Shown here in pieces: positions 37,387-51,589 of a stretch of DNA of 64,000 nt. A program made the position numbers and the translations under genes. Source of the stretch: Vicugna vicugna (lineage: Eukaryota); assembly GCA_013265495.1 (NCBI GenBank), contig MU058687.1, positions 5,082,093 to 5,146,092 of the forward strand. Direction: 5' to 3'. The notes under the pieces are model-generated. The model was given only the letters and a program-made list of their open reading frames with translations. It ran no database searches and was not told the origin of the DNA. Numbering within the stretch: position 1 is the stretch's first letter; every line of letters begins with the position of its first letter.

Positions 37387-39219
37387 ATGTTCTTCCCAAA
37401 ACTTTGTATGATGATGCATTTTTGCTTTTGAAACATTTGGTAAAAGATCAGTCTAAATATGTCATATTGTATTAAAAGCCAAGTAAGCTACGACCAGGTT
37501 CATGTAAAGTAAAATATTATGACCTGTTACTAATTATTTATTTAAATTTATCAAAAATGGCATATTTGGGGGCTAAACAACTATCTTCTGTCAACTGAGG
37601 CATTATTATTTATTTAGATTGCTGTGATAGAATAGCCAGGAGGGAAAACAGCTTTTGGAGCAGGTAAGATCACAGAAGTATTGTATTCTGAAAGAGGTCA
37701 TTGGATACTCTAGTTTTAAAGTTTTGGGGAATTTTAAGTATTTGCTGTAAGTCAACAAAATTTCAACAGTTTTCTAGAACCATATTCATGTTTGGAGCAC
37801 TGGAAAGCTTTAGATGCCTTCTTTTCCAAGCCTCCCTCCATACTGAAATGTTTTAGAAAAGCACTAAATCCAAAATCCAGATTTAAATGAGTGCTTAAAT
37901 TTTAACAGCTTCTTTTTAGATTTTCAGACTGTAAGATTCTGCAAACACTCATTATAGCTGGAAACGTTCTCTTATCTCAGATGTCCTTGATATGCTGGTT
38001 CCTTAAGCACTTGCTTACTTTGCCAGTTGGATAATCCATCACAATACTCTCCATTTTTCACCATGATCTAGAAATGTGGATTAACTGAACACCTGTATTC
38101 TAGCCATATGTTAGTTACCAGTTTTTTTTTCAAAGAGTTATAATTAAAAACATAAAACTAATATAATTTAACCCTGTTCTTTCCAATTTCATTAGTGGAA
38201 TGGTTATGCTATTAACTATTATGGGAATGAAAAAAAAATGAGGCTCAATGATGTCAAAGTACGAAAAGTTCCCTTTTTGATCCTTGTCTCAGATAATTTA
38301 CATAAATTAGAGCAACTGTTAATTGATGCCCATGATGTGCCAAGTACTGTTATGTGATTTTGCTTATGTAGTCTGTTTAATCCCTGAGTGGGAGATAGTA
38401 TTTTCCTTATCTTAAAGGTGAAGAAACAGACGCAAAGAGCTTAAGGACAACTAGGCTAGTACATTTATGGCCATGTTAAAAGTGGGGCCTTGCTGACCTG
38501 AATGTCAGTGGGATGTCATGAAAAGGGTATAGGCACTGAGGCTAGACGAAGCTGAGTTGAACCCTAACTGGATTATTCACTGTGTACAGGCAAATTTCAC
38601 AATCTCTCTAAGATATGGCTCTCTCATTTGAAAAATATGACATCTCCATGACCTTGCCTTGCAGTATAGTTTGGTGGGAAAAAAAACACAATATAAAGTG
38701 TTTTCATTGTGATGGATATAGAATTGGGGCTCAACAAGGTTAGTCTCCTTCACTTGAGTCCTGTGCTATTCACTACACAATAGCTGCCTTTTGGAGCTAG
38801 AAATTCTACAATGCAAAGCAACTTAGTAATTGTCAAGAAATGTTACCAATTCATGACTTAGGTTTACTAGTTATAATTGATAAAACTAGTATTTTTCCAA
38901 CCATATACTTTGATTGCAAGCATGATTACAACTAGTAAACGTGTGGCATTGACATCTGGTAGCATAAATCTGTCTGATGGCATATTTTAAGCAAGTGGCC
39001 AAAAGTTGGGATAAGTAAAGGAAGTATAGATTTGAGAAAATGTTAAACTTTCCAGAGAAATTTCCAGATTTTGGTTAATGTGGTAAATTCGTTGAGATCA
39101 AAGTGGCATGTGCTCAGATACTTTGGTTAAAGTCCGTCAACAGAAATAGTTTTTCACTGTCTCCATGAGGAAGTGCTGAGACTACACCATCCCTTTCCAG
39201 TGTGTTTCACTTTGGCCGT

Positions 39220-39440
39220 GGGCTTTGGAATCAGAAAAGCTTAGTTCAGGTCTTGGCTCTGAATCCTGGGTCTGTCATTTATTAGCTGTGAAACCTTGAG
39301 TGAAGTGTGCCGTGACTCTCACTTCATCCATGACATTGGAGGGACACTGCCCTCCTCTTGGTGCTGTTCTATAATTAAATGAGCTAATGTTGGTATAAGT
39401 GCCTGGTTATAAGCACAGTGGTTGGCCAAGCAATGATGGC
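39220..39440 (+). mobile_element. MIR SINE
   Basis: 'ggctttggaatcaga...gaatcctgggtctgtcatttattagctgtgaaaccttgag...aattaaatgagctaatg'. Confidence 0.7.
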
Positions 39441-40994
39441 TAAATTGTATTTTTAATGATCTGTTACTATCCCAGAAAAAAATAAAATTCTTTCTAAAAG
39501 TCTATAGAAGATACATATAGGAGAGCCCCAGAACAATCACTTTACTTCTATAACTTTACATCATAATTGTTTTTATTTCCCTTGCAGTTGAAATCACATG
39601 GCTTTATTGATTCTTTGGGGTCCTCTTGAGTCTTCCACCAGAAATGAGCTTACCCCTGTAAATCTCCTCCCTGCAATTAACTCCTTCAGTATAGGGACCA
39701 TAGAAAGGTTCAAATGGTTCAGACTATTCTTTGCCTCAACGGACAGTCTTCTGTGCTTCCCAAATCACAGAGTTAATATTTCCTTAGACACTCTGTCAAA
39801 ACTCTATATTAGCTTTACCTCCATAAAGTTTCTAAATATTTCTATTTGACATGTAGTCCAAGAACCACTTTGAGCATTCACTCTTTTAACAATTCAACCA
39901 ACATTTACTGAACATTTACGTGCCAGCCAATCCACTATTGGCTTTTGTTCCCTTGTTTCAATGACAGCAGAAAATGGATATGGGAAATTTAAGTGTTTTT
40001 AATCTCTTGTATGGATCTATTCAGGCCCAGGTTCTCTTTGCCTATATTCAAGTTGAAGTTTTATTTTTCTCCAAAGATATCCAAACCCTATATTTGTCCC
40101 AGCTGAATTGAAATCTTGATACTGTTTGAGATCAGTTTGACTATTAATGTATGTATTAGCCATTATTAAATGATTACTCTAATTTAAATTGAGAGCCTTA
40201 ATGAGTTTATAAACTAGTAGAGTCCATATACAAGCTGTCAAAAGATACAAACTAAGTTCTTTGGGAATGCAAAAGAAATTACTTAAGGGAGGGTTTTGTA
40301 GAGAAGATGACATGTTAGGGAAACTTTGAACAATCACCAGACAGAGATCATGGCTACATGCCCTTCCAAGCAAAGCCCTGATGTAGGAGCTAGTAGGGTC
40401 AAAACTGTAATTTAGATGGATCACAGATTGTACAAAGTACATTAGTGGAAGATATGGCTCAGAAGGTTTTGGAAATTTGTCAATGAAAGGGAAGAGAGAG
40501 ATGGGAGAATGTCTTGAAAAGTTCTCCAGGTCAAAGGAGGCTAGTTTGTGGTTGAATGAAGAGGACACAAGAGGAGAAAAGTGATCACTGAAATACTATC
40601 AAAGAAGGTGAGAGAGGTTTGCGTGATGAAGTTTCCAGATAGAGCTATTACTCTGGACAAAGAGGGAGTAAGTTGTTCTTTTGATACGACAGCAAAGAAG
40701 GAGAAAATGGAATCAGAAATGGATATACTAGAGACAGCTGCAGTCGAAGAACCTCAATATCCCAGGTAAATCAAAGGCAAAGTCACATAGCTAACAGTGA
40801 GGCTGTGAGCACATGGCAGAAGTCTGTTGACAACCTGCTAGGAAGGCAGCTAATGAAAGTGTTAATAAGAGGTGGGCTATCTTTATCTGGCATTCGTTGT
40901 AATATTTTATATTTTATAATGCTGACTCTAGAGAAACAAGTCATTTTATGCTTTTTTCCCAGAGCATTTAGAGCTGAGGAAGAGGATGATAAGA

Positions 40995-41375
40995 TGTGTT
41001 AGTCTGCTCAGGGTGCCATAACAAAAGGCCATAGGCTGGGTGGCTTAAAAAGAGATTTATTTCCCACAGTCCTGGAGGCTAGAAGGCCCAGATCAAGATC
41101 CGGGAAGGTCTGATTTTTGATGAGGTCCCTCTTGCTGGCTTACAGATGGCCACCTTCTCACTCTGTTCTCATATGACCTTTCTTCTGTGCTCGTGCACAG
41201 AAGAGAGATCTTCTCTTCATATAAGGCCACTGTCTCATCAGCTCATGTCTCCACTCTTATGACCTTGTTTAACTTTACCTCTTAGAGATCCTATCTCCAA
41301 ACACAGTCACACTGAGGGGTTAGGACTTCAACATAAGAATCTAAGAGGCGGGGGACACAATGAAGTCCGTCATCA
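40995..41375 (-). mobile_element. MaLR solo LTR (MLT1A-like)
   Basis: 'tgtgttagtctgctcagggtgccataacaaaa...atttatttcccacagtcctggaggctagaag...cagatggccaccttctc...ggacttcaacata...ggggacacaa'. Confidence 0.85.
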
Positions 41376-41675
41376 ATGCATGTGGTGTTGGGAATTGATA
41401 GGGTGAAAAATTTTAAAGCTCAAAGGAGTTAAGGAATCCAGAAATAACTTTAGCCTGTTGATGTGATGACATGTGCAAGGTAGGAGGGTAAATAAATCCA
41501 TGAGAGACTAAATCACAGAGCAGGATAGGATCATAGGAATAGGGACCAAGATCTGGAAGCAGTGTTAGAGTTGTATGAGAGGCCTCGGAAAACAAGAACA
41601 GTTGAAGGGAAGTCAGACTCAAATTCAGAGATGTATTAAATGAATAGAGTGAGCTTCAAGATGCTGTGAACTTTT

Positions 41676-41912
41676 CTAGTGGTTAGGTACATGGGTTCTA
41701 GAGTCAGAAAGCCATGGCTTGTATTTTGGCACTATAACTTTGGATAGATTACCTGGTCTACCTAAGGCTCAGCTTTCATATTTATAAAAGGAAATTATAA
41801 TATCACCTATTGCGTGGGTTTGTCAGGAAAGATTAAATAAAATAATGCATGGAAAAATGCTTAGCCTATTCCTGGCATGTAATAAGCTTTGATAAAAGTT
41901 GGTCATTATTAC
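41676..41912 (+). mobile_element. MIR SINE
   Basis: 'tagtggttagg...ttctagagtcaga...ctcagctttcatatttataaaaggaaattataatatcaccta...agattaaataaaataatgcatg'. Confidence 0.7.
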
Positions 41913-42277
41913 TATTTGGCCTCATTACCTGACTCAGGCAGGATCAAAATTAGCTGCTTTTTTGCATGGCCAGCCAGCATTAGAAAGTACATAAAATATA
42001 GAATTTAGAAAATCACTCTATTTCCTAATTCTTTCATTTGCCAAGAAAATATAAAATTCAGTTGCCTGCTCATTGGCAGTTTTCCCTTTACTACCACCAA
42101 AGTTCTCTGCTTCCAGGCTCTAGCTTGGATTATGCCCAGGGAAGACTCACATCCTGAGGTTTTCACTTCTCTCCCAGGTCTCTAGTTCTTGACTTTCTTG
42201 TGTTAGGTGGTCAGGTAAATACTAGGAAGCCAAGAGGCCTTCAGGAAACCTATCACCCCTTTAGTGATATGCATTAT

Positions 42278-42460
42278 TTTGGTTTTGTTTTGTTCTGTTT
42301 TAGTATTTTATTTTATTATGGTAGGAATGCCTAACATGAGCTTTACCCTCTTACATTACTAATCAATGAGCATAACATTTCAGTTAAGATGAGTAAGTTC
42401 TAGACATCTGTTGTTCAACATTGTACCTACAGTCAACATACTGTGTTGTACACTTAAACA
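42278..42460 (-). mobile_element. Short L1 (L1MA/L1MB-like) 3' end with 5' inversion
   Basis: Minus-strand extreme 3' end (~42278-42352) abutting a plus-oriented piece (~42355-42460) of the adjacent upstream L1 3'UTR. Confidence 0.6.
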
Positions 42461-44248
42461 TTCGTCTTTCTTAAATTGTAAATGTGTTCAGTTAATCACC
42501 TTGAACTGAATTTGGCTCTTCCTATAGTTACACAGAAAACATAAGACCACAAATTAGAGAAAAATCAATTTTTTTTCTAAATACATTTGAAAATCTCTCC
42601 TCACTTTAATTTTGTAGAACAATTTATTAATTGCATTCCAATGGGTCAATGAATATTGATAAAAAAAACAATTAATTGCACCTATCCTATCAGCAAAATA
42701 ATAACCTTGTCACACAGACCTTCATCTCCAATTTGGAGAGGACCACAGTCCCTCCTTCTATGCCAAGGATCTCTGTGTATTTTAGTTTTGTTTTTAATTT
42801 GACTTTTTATTGTGAACATTTTCAAGTATTTTCAACAGTAAAGAGAATAGTATTAAAAAAAGGAGCATTAAAAAACAGTCACTGTTGGGTCTCTTGGCCT
42901 GAATCTTGGTCTTGTTCAATGTGTTTCGAAGTAACTAAACTTAACACTCTTTCCAACAGACAATTAATGGGGTGCTACCCGTTCTTTATTCAATGACCAC
43001 ATGAAAGAGGAGATTAACTGCTAAGTAGACACTTCATCATTTAATGAGACTGCCTGAAAGCTGAAAGGGTTTCTTCAGCTTGTACATATTTTGATTCAGC
43101 TGTGCACAATCACTTTTTGAAATGAATTTAAAAAAAGTCTATAGATTATATACAGCTGCTTAATCTTTTGTAAAATGTGACGTCTTGGAATAAAATCCAT
43201 GTTCTCCTTCAGGGGTAAGGGAGAATACGACTCATTTGCACCTGTGGAAGTTAAGAAAATCTCAGTTTTACCTCTAGAAATGTGATCACAAATCTATTAG
43301 AGTATTTCCCTAGGGTTATATTCATGTGTTGGCAAAAGCTGTAACTACACTAAATTTGCATGCATCTACATAGAAGAGAGAGTTCATTAAGCATATTCTC
43401 AAGTTATGATGTTATTACTGCTCCACTGTCTGTTGAAAAATTGTGATTTTTTTTTCTCTTCTTCGCTCTCACTCACCTGCAATTTTTGGCCTAGAATTTT
43501 CATCATAAAAGTATTATGAGAAAGTTATTTGCAGACTGATTGGTAATACCTTCTTTTCTATCACAGTCAAAATAAGTGTTAGAAAAAATGGATAGAACCA
43601 CCTCAGACTGCTGGCTCTTGGTTTCATGAGGCAGAATGAAAAGCAGAATAGTAGGTTTCAACAAGTAAACAATTTTCCTGTTCCTACTCTGTGTTTAGCA
43701 GTTTGCCTCATTGCATTTGTTTGTTTGTTTGTTTGTCTATTTATTTTGCAGGGGTGGAGGGAATCTAGCAGACCACACATAAATATTCTTCTCAAGTAAA
43801 TAAAAAAGGCTGCCTAGATTTGTAAGAAAGGACAATTAGGCAGGTAAGGAGTGAAGTGCAAGGTAGTTTAAATTAAGGGTGTCATTAAAACTGAAAAACT
43901 AAAACTTTCGCATTACAGTGTAGTTTGCAATATTCATACATCTCCCCGGAAGACGTGCGTCTGTGCACGCATGGATATGAGTACCCAGATCTGTTTCGAT
44001 GTCAAATCTGAAATGGGAAAACTAGGATAGTTGTTCCTTATAAACCAAACAAGGTGGGAAAGGTGGGCAAGAGGAAGAGAGCAGAAGCAGAAAGGCTGTA
44101 AGTGGTTTCTTGTAATTGCTCAGAAGACTAGTCCAGAATTAGAGTATCTAAAACAATGAAGTCTCTCCCACCTCGTTCCCTCTCGCCCTCCCCCACCCCA
44201 CCTCTCCAGTCCAGAAACAGTATCTGATGTTACCACACAAACACCGAG

Positions 44249-44250
<2 letters not shown>

Positions 44251-44279
<29 letters not shown>
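44251..44279. repeat. (CA)n microsatellite
   Basis: Direct inspection. Confidence 0.95.
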
Positions 44280-44282
<3 letters not shown>

Positions 44283-44579
44283 TCTTCTTTTGTAAAAAAG
44301 GGAAAAGAAATTGGGCGCTTGTATGTGCATGGTGATCAACGGTAAGATGCTTTAGCTGCTGTGCTGGTCTTACGTGATGGTCTCCATGTCCCTTACTCTC
44401 TTCTCTCTTTTAAATCTAAAACGTCCTTGAGCATTGATACTGTAAATATTGTTTCCCTAATATATATCGTGAAACACGAGTTACAGTTCTCGTACTTAGG
44501 CAGACCTGTCTTGCCTTCTCACTTGGCAGGTGAAAGCTGCGATTTGATAATACATATATGCACTAGGGTAGTAGCTTTT

Positions 44580-47500
44580 GGGGGTTTTGCCTTGTTTTGA
44601 TAAATCCTAATTTTTTTCCAGGTAAGTTTAAGGTGTGTGAAGTGCTGATTTGATTTGTGTATGTATTGCATGTATATTGTCTATCCATGTATGTATCACC
44701 ACAATAAACTTAGTCACCATATTCACCACTTAACATAATTAACTTCTTTTGTGATGAGAATATTTAAGATTTATATTCTCAGCAAACTTTCAAGTATATA
44801 AAACAGTATCATTAACCACAGTCACCATGCTATACATTAGAGCCCCAGAACCTATTCATCATATAACTAGAAATTTGTCCCTTTTGACCATTATCTCCCC
44901 TTTCCCGCTACCAGCCCTGGAAGCCACCAGTCTACTCTCTGTTTCTGTGTGCTTATGTGTGTGTGCACATGGTTCTGCTTTTTCAGATTACACACGTAAG
45001 TGAGATCACACAGCATTTGTCTTTCTCTGTCTGACTTATTTCACTTAGCGTAAGTCCCCCAAGTTTCATTCATGTATGGCAAATAGCAGGATTTTCTTCT
45101 TTTTATGGTTGATTAACATTCTTCTGTGTGTGTGTGTGTGTATAACATTTTCTTTATCCATTCATCTGTCAAAGGACATATATGTTGTTTCCATGGCTTG
45201 GCTATTAGGAGTAAATCAGTAAAGGACATGCAGGTACAGATATCTGTTGGAGACAGTGGTTTCATTCCCTTCGGGTACACACCCAGAAGTGGGATTGCTG
45301 GATCATACTGCAGTTCTATTTTGAATTTTTTGAGGAACATCCATACTGTTTTCCATAGTGGCTGCAGCAATTTACATTCCCATCAAACGTGCACCGAATG
45401 TTTCCCTTTTCTTCATCTTCTTGCCAGCGCTTACCTCTTGTCTTTTTGATAATTGCCATTCTAGCAGGTGTGAGGTGACGTCTCATGGTGCTTTTGATTT
45501 CCATTTCTCTGATAATGATATTGAGTTCCATTTCATGTACTTGTATTTGTATATCTTCTTTGGAAAAATTGCTTAGTCATGTTCTTAGCCCATTTTAAGT
45601 CGTATTATTTGCTATCTTGCCATTGACTTATAAGAGTTCCTTGTATGTTTTAGATAATCGCCCCTTATCAGATACATAGTTTGCAAATCTTTTCTCCCAT
45701 TCAGTAGGTTGGCTTCTCATTTTGTTGATTTCTTCTTTCTTTTGGTGTGCAGAAGTTTTCCAGTTTGATGTCATCCTACTTGGTGACTTTTGCTTTTGTT
45801 GTTTATACCTTTGGTATCGTATTCAAAAAACATTCCCAAGACCACCGTCAAAGAGCTTTTTCTCTCTGTCTTCTTTTAGGAGTTTTACAGTTTTAGGTCT
45901 TATGTTTATGCATGCAATCTATTTCAAGCTAATTTTTGATAGTGATGCAAAATATGGGTTCAAATTCATTCTTTTGCACTTGAATATCCGATTTTCCCAA
46001 AATCATTTACTTAAGAGACTATCCTCTCCTCACTGAGAATTCTTAGCTCCCTTGTGAAATTCTAGTTGAATGTATTCATGGTGGGCTGAGTCTGGGCTCT
46101 TAATTCTGTTCTGTTGGTGTGTGTGCCTATGTTTATGCCAGTACCATACTGTTTTGATTACTATAAATTTGCATTCAATAACTTTATATTACAATGTAAT
46201 ATGAAAGCATGATGCCCTCAGCTTTGTTTTTTAATGAAGATTGCTTGGCTATTCTATGTCTTTGTGGTTTCATATGAGTTTTAGGATATTTTTTTCTATT
46301 TCTGTGAAAAATAACATGAGAATTTTGATTGAGATTGCATTGAACCCATACATGGCTTTGGGTAGTATGGACATTTTAACGATATTAAACTCTTTCAATT
46401 AATGAACAGGGGATAACGTTCCATTGACCTGTGTCTTCTATTTCTTTCATCAGCCTCTTATGGTTTTCAGTGTACAGGTCTTTCTCTGTCTTAGCTAAAT
46501 GTATTTCTAAGCATTTTGTTGTTTAGGTTTTTTTTTTTTTGGTGTTATTATAAATGGGATTTTTCCCCTTTATTTCCTTTACAGATAGTTTATTGTTAAT
46601 GCATAGAAACAAAACTGACTTTTGCATGTTGATTTTGTATCCTGAAACACTATTGAGTTCTTTCACTCTAACAATTTTTTGTTGGAGTTTTTAAGTATAT
46701 AAGACCATTTTATCTGCAAACAGAGATCATTTTACTTCTTACTTTCTCATTGGATTCCTTTTATTTCTTTTCCTCGCCTATTTGTTCTGGCTTAGACTTC
46801 CAGTACTATGTGGAATAGGAGTGGTGAGAGTGGGAACATTTGTCTTGCTCCTGATTTTAGAGGAAACATTTTCAAGCTTTCACTATTGAGTATGATGTTA
46901 ACTGTGGGTTTGTCATATATGCTGAGGTTCATTCCTTCTATATCTACTTTGTTGACAGTTTTTATCAAAAAATTATGTTAAACTTTGTCAAATGCTTTCT
47001 CTGCATTTATTGAGATGATCATATAATTTTTAGCCCTCATTCTATTAATGTGATGCATCACATTTATTGATTTGTATGTTGAAATATTCCTGCCTCCTAG
47101 GGATAAATCCTACTTGACTGTGTTGTATGATCCTTTTATTATGCTGTTGAATTTGGTTTGCTTGTATTTTGTTGAGAATGTTCGCATCTATGTTCATCAG
47201 GGATATTAGGCTGTTGTTTTCTTTTCTTGTAGTGTCCTCATCTGGCTTTGCTATCACAGCAATGCTGGCTTTGTAAGATGACTCTGGGAGTATTTCCTCC
47301 TCTTCAACTCTATGGAAGAGTTTGAGAAGGACTGACATTTATTCTTCTTTAACTGTTTGATAGAAGTCACTGGTGAAATCATCCACTCTTAGTGTTTCTT
47401 TGTTAGGAGGTTTCTGATTATTAAATCAATCTCATTTCTCATTATTTTTCTGTTCAGATTTCCTATTTCTTCTTGGTTTAGTCTTGGTAGTTTGTATATT

Positions 47501-49254
47501 TCTAAGGATTTATCTATTTCTTCTATGTTGTCAAATTTGTTGTCATGTAATTTTTCATAGGCGTCTCATATAATACTTTGCATTTCTCTGGCATCAGTTG
47601 TAACATCTCTTCTTTCATTTATAATATTTTTTGAGTCACCTGTCTTTCCTCTTAGTAAATCCAGGTAAAGGTTTGTCATTTCTCTTTAACTTTTCAAAAA
47701 ACAACTATTAGTTTTGCTGATCTTTCCCACTGTTTTCTTGTTCTCTATTTCATTTATTTCTGCTCTGATCCTTGTTATCTCTTTCCTTCTTTTAACTTTG
47801 GCTCATTTATTCTTGTTTTTCTTAGTCCCTTGAGGTATAAAGTTAGACTGCTTACTTGAGATCTTTCTTTTCCTTAATACGCATTTATCACTATAAATTT
47901 TCTCCTTAGAATGGCTTTGCTGCATCTCATACATTTTCATGTGTTTTGTTTCCATTTACATTTGTTTCAAGACATTTTTGTATTTTTTTCAATTTTGTTT
48001 TGATCTATTGATTGTTTAAGTGTGTGTTTCTTAATTTCTGCATATTTGTGAATGTTCCAGTTTTCCTCTTTATCAATTTCTAGTTTCATACTATTGTAGT
48101 TAGAAAAGATACTTAATATGATTTCACTCTTTTTAAACTTGTAAAGACTAGCTTTGTGAGCTAACATAGCCTCTATCATTGGAGAATGTTTCGTGTGTGC
48201 TTGAAAAGCACGGGTTTTCTGCTGCTATTGGATGGACTGCTTTGCATTAGTCTGTTAGGTTCATTTGGTCTAAAGGCTAGTTCAAGCCCAATGTTCCCTT
48301 ATTGATTTTCTAGTTGGGTGACTTATTTATTGAAATGTGTTATTAAAGTCCCTTACTATTACTGCATTGTTAGCTATTTTCCCCTTTAGATCTGTTAGTG
48401 TTTGTTTAATATGTTTAGGTGGTCCAGTGGAGGATGTGCTATATAGATCAGCTTGATGCCTCTGGCCAGGTTTGCTGGCTGGATAGGGTTGGAGGCTGTC
48501 CTGAGCAGTTAGGCAGGGCCACGGGCTAGTGACCTGCTTCCCTGCCCAGGCTCAGCCTGTGGGGGTTCTGTGAGGCTATCTGGCCTCTCTGTCCAGACCT
48601 CCTTGTTTGCCAGAGCTGCAAGCTTAGTAGTTGGCCTGGGCCACTGTCTTGCTTCAAAGTCTAGGTGGGTCTTTAGGCTGTGCTTTCTGGATAAAATGAA
48701 CTGCCAGCTGCAGACCCAAATCAGGCAGATCTGGTGACTGACCTTCCCAGCCAAGTGGGGCCACCAGCTCAGTTCTGAAGAGCATATCCACTGGTGAGAA
48801 ACTCCACATGGGCACCACCACCATGTCCAAGATCCACAGGCACATTTCTGTGAGGCCCACCCCCTTTCTTCTTCAGCTGATTTCTCCAGTGATACATGTG
48901 AGGCCGTGCCTAAATAGGCCCCCTTGAAAGCATCCCAGAATGCTGGAGAAACTGGATGTCCACCTTGAGCTCTCCTCTTCCCAGTGGAGAAGCTGTAGGC
49001 CTAGAGGGACCCCTTCATCTTGGTGCCACGTCAGCCTAAGGGAGGGGCTTTGCAGTCAGGGTGAAACCAACTCTCTTAGCCTTCTGGTGTGTTTTTTCCT
49101 CTTTTGGGGGGTCCAGTGGGGTGCTTTAACCTCACCCCTGGGTTCTGAGGTTTTTCACAGAGTGGCCTCGTCCATGGAGGGTTGCTAGCTGTTCTTTCTG
49201 TGAGGGGTCCCAAAGTTGAGAATCACGTATTTTGCCACTTACTGGTATCACTTC
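44580..49254 (-). mobile_element. Old L1 (L1MA/L1M3-like): 3'UTR, most of a degraded ORF2 and 5'UTR, with ORF1 deleted
   Basis: Minus-strand ORF fragments are L1 ORF2 (QPLWKTVW...[24 protein letters not shown]...[37 protein letters not shown]). 5'UTR-like block at ~48446-49254. TSD gggtagtagctttt (44566-44579) / gagcagtagctttt (49255-49268). Confidence 0.9.
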
Positions 49255-50825
49255 GAGCAGTAGCTTTTATAATGAGACAAGTTGATGTTATGCAGCCAAT
49301 AGCTGGCAAGTATTGTGTTATTAAGAATATTGAGTATAGATAAGTTAATGAGCTGGGGGTGGGGGAGAAAAAGGGAGTTGGATCACTCCTCGGTCAAAGT
49401 TAACACTGAAAACAGTAATTCTTGTGTTTTTAAATTGAGGATTTTACAGGTCAGCCATGACATGGGCCTTTGATATTTCCATCACATAAATCTGTGGAGA
49501 TGAGACTGTTGATCTACTGAAGTCAACTTTGTTCATCTCCAAAAATGCGATTCCGGAAAAGCTAGACCCTTACCAAAAAGCCCTCTACGCATACACATGC
49601 GAGGGAGAGGTTCCACAGCTCAAGCAGTCAACAATGCTCAGATAAAAGAGAGGATTAAAGGGCCTCGGTTAACAAGGCCTCCAGCTCCCTGACCAGTGGG
49701 CATTCAAGTGCTGGCTTTGGCAGGCAAGTACTGGATGACACACAGAAGGGGCCCTAAGAGGCTGTTTCCCCTTACACCACTTCAAAGAAGCTTGGATTTT
49801 CAATTTATTTTTTTAAAAGCAGATACACAGTAAACATCGGAATGTGAGTTTTATGCTAAATACATTTTGGTTTCAGAGCAGTTATCTCTTGCTGCCAGAA
49901 TAGCCCTAAGGATTAAGATGGTTTATTGGGATCAAATGCCTAGGAGATTTATTATACTGCAGACTGTTTACTCACTCCCATTAAAATGCTGATTATGCTT
50001 ATTTCTTTGCCTCTCTTCTGCCTCCTTCCTTTCTTCCCTCCTTCATAACCCACATTATGTTATTTTATTTTCCTGCTTTAAGATGAATTTACTTGGATTT
50101 TTAGCCTTTACTAAAACTGAGTCCTTGCAAACTCTCTGCCTTTATGGGGGCCAAGGAGTGGCAGTGACATATTGTGCAGCTCATTAAGGTCTTGGGAACA
50201 CCGAGTCCCTGGTTAGCAACTCAGAGCAATAAAACAAAAATATTTTCAGGGACTGTCTCTGATGACTGGAGACAAGGGTGCACATTTGGAAAAATATGCT
50301 GTGAAGGATCGCAAACACCCTCACTATAATCATCTACAATTTAGAGACATGTAGGAGCAAAGATAATTTGCTGCCAGGTATTTGCTTTACTTGGATGGAA
50401 AGGGAGATTATATATTTTACAGCCAAATTCTATTAAAACATTCAGTAAGACAGGTGAGTTTACACACAATATATCAGCTCTCAAGAAAATAGACATGAGA
50501 CATCAGAAAAGGTGATGACTTAAATAAGAAAGCTACACGCCAGGAAATAATCCTGGAGGGCTTGATAATGTGTCCACATTTATAAGAAAGCCAGTCAGCG
50601 AGTCCACTAGACTGTGCTTGAAATACCCAGGCAAATGTTTGCTACACCCTGATCAATTCATCTTGAATATTCAGCGACTACTACAGTGCCTGGAATAGGA
50701 CAGATCCCCAGTGAGCTTCTGTGAAAGAAACAACTGAATGTAGCTGACCTGCTACTCATGGGGTGTGCAAATACATTGCTATCATTTTCTATTTTTCCTA
50801 GTATTATGCTTGGAAAGATCTAGAC

Positions 50826-50978
50826 CAGTTGTTAAACTTCAGCATGGTTGAGGATCACCTGGAGATTGCTGGACCCCACCAGAATCAGACTTCCTGATTC
50901 GACAGGGCAAGGTCTGAGAAGTCACATTTCTAACATACAAGGATGATGCTGTGCTACTGGTGTGTTTTAAGAACCATG
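50826..50978. mobile_element. MER5A-like hAT DNA transposon
   Basis: 'aaacttcagc...atcacctggag...attgctggaccccacc...ctgattc...catttctaaca...tgatgctg...aagaacca'. Confidence 0.7.
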
Positions 50979-51589
50979 TAGCCTATAAAGTGATGAAAGG
51001 ACAATTATACACCTGAGGGCAAAGAAGCACTCAACCCTGCTAATTTACAAAAGCATGATTTGCGTCTATTGGATAGACTTGGAGCAGATACTGTCCATTC
51101 AAAGGTTTCCATTACAGATGCAAGGAAAAAGTGCCCACATGCTTTCAGTCTGTCTGACTCTGGCAGCCAAGATAGAATTGGGGAACACAGAAGAAAAACA
51201 TGGTATAACACTGGAAAACACAAAGAGAACGTTTGTAACTCAGAAATAACCTTGTATACAGTGAAGACCTGTTTTACTTCAAAGAAGCATCTAAAATTTG
51301 AGCTTACATGAGGAGTGTTGGAAAATCATTTCTCTACATCCTCGTCTTCCGATTGACTCTACTTTTTCAAGCTTAGAGTTTAAAACTAAATTAAAAGACA
51401 AAAAGGAAAAAAAAAGGCATGATCTGAAGTCATTTGTTGCTTGAAAGCTCAGGTGCTTTCCAACTTAAAAAAAAAAAAGAAAAATTCTTTGAGTCTCTGG
51501 GGAATCATCTGACTCCCTATTGATATGGCAGGAAAGGAATCTGACTTACTATAGGCAAAAGATAACACACAAATAAAATGAGTACCGCA

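Larger units (their letters stand above)
1..37405 (+). other. NRXN3: 3' portion of the neurexin-3 gene (intron, SS5 exon, last intron, terminal exon and 3'UTR); gene begins upstream of the window
   Basis: Two NRXN3-specific exons in the expected order, ~7 kb apart; end placed ~20 nt after AATAAA at 37381 (approximate; longer UTR isoforms possible). Confidence 0.93.
34913..37405 (+). other. NRXN3: NRXN3 3'UTR (~2.5 kb to the probable main poly(A) site)
   Basis: Follows the stop codon; AU/U-rich, no recognisable interspersed repeat; U-rich run before AATAAA 37381 and U/GU-rich sequence after it. Confidence 0.75.
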
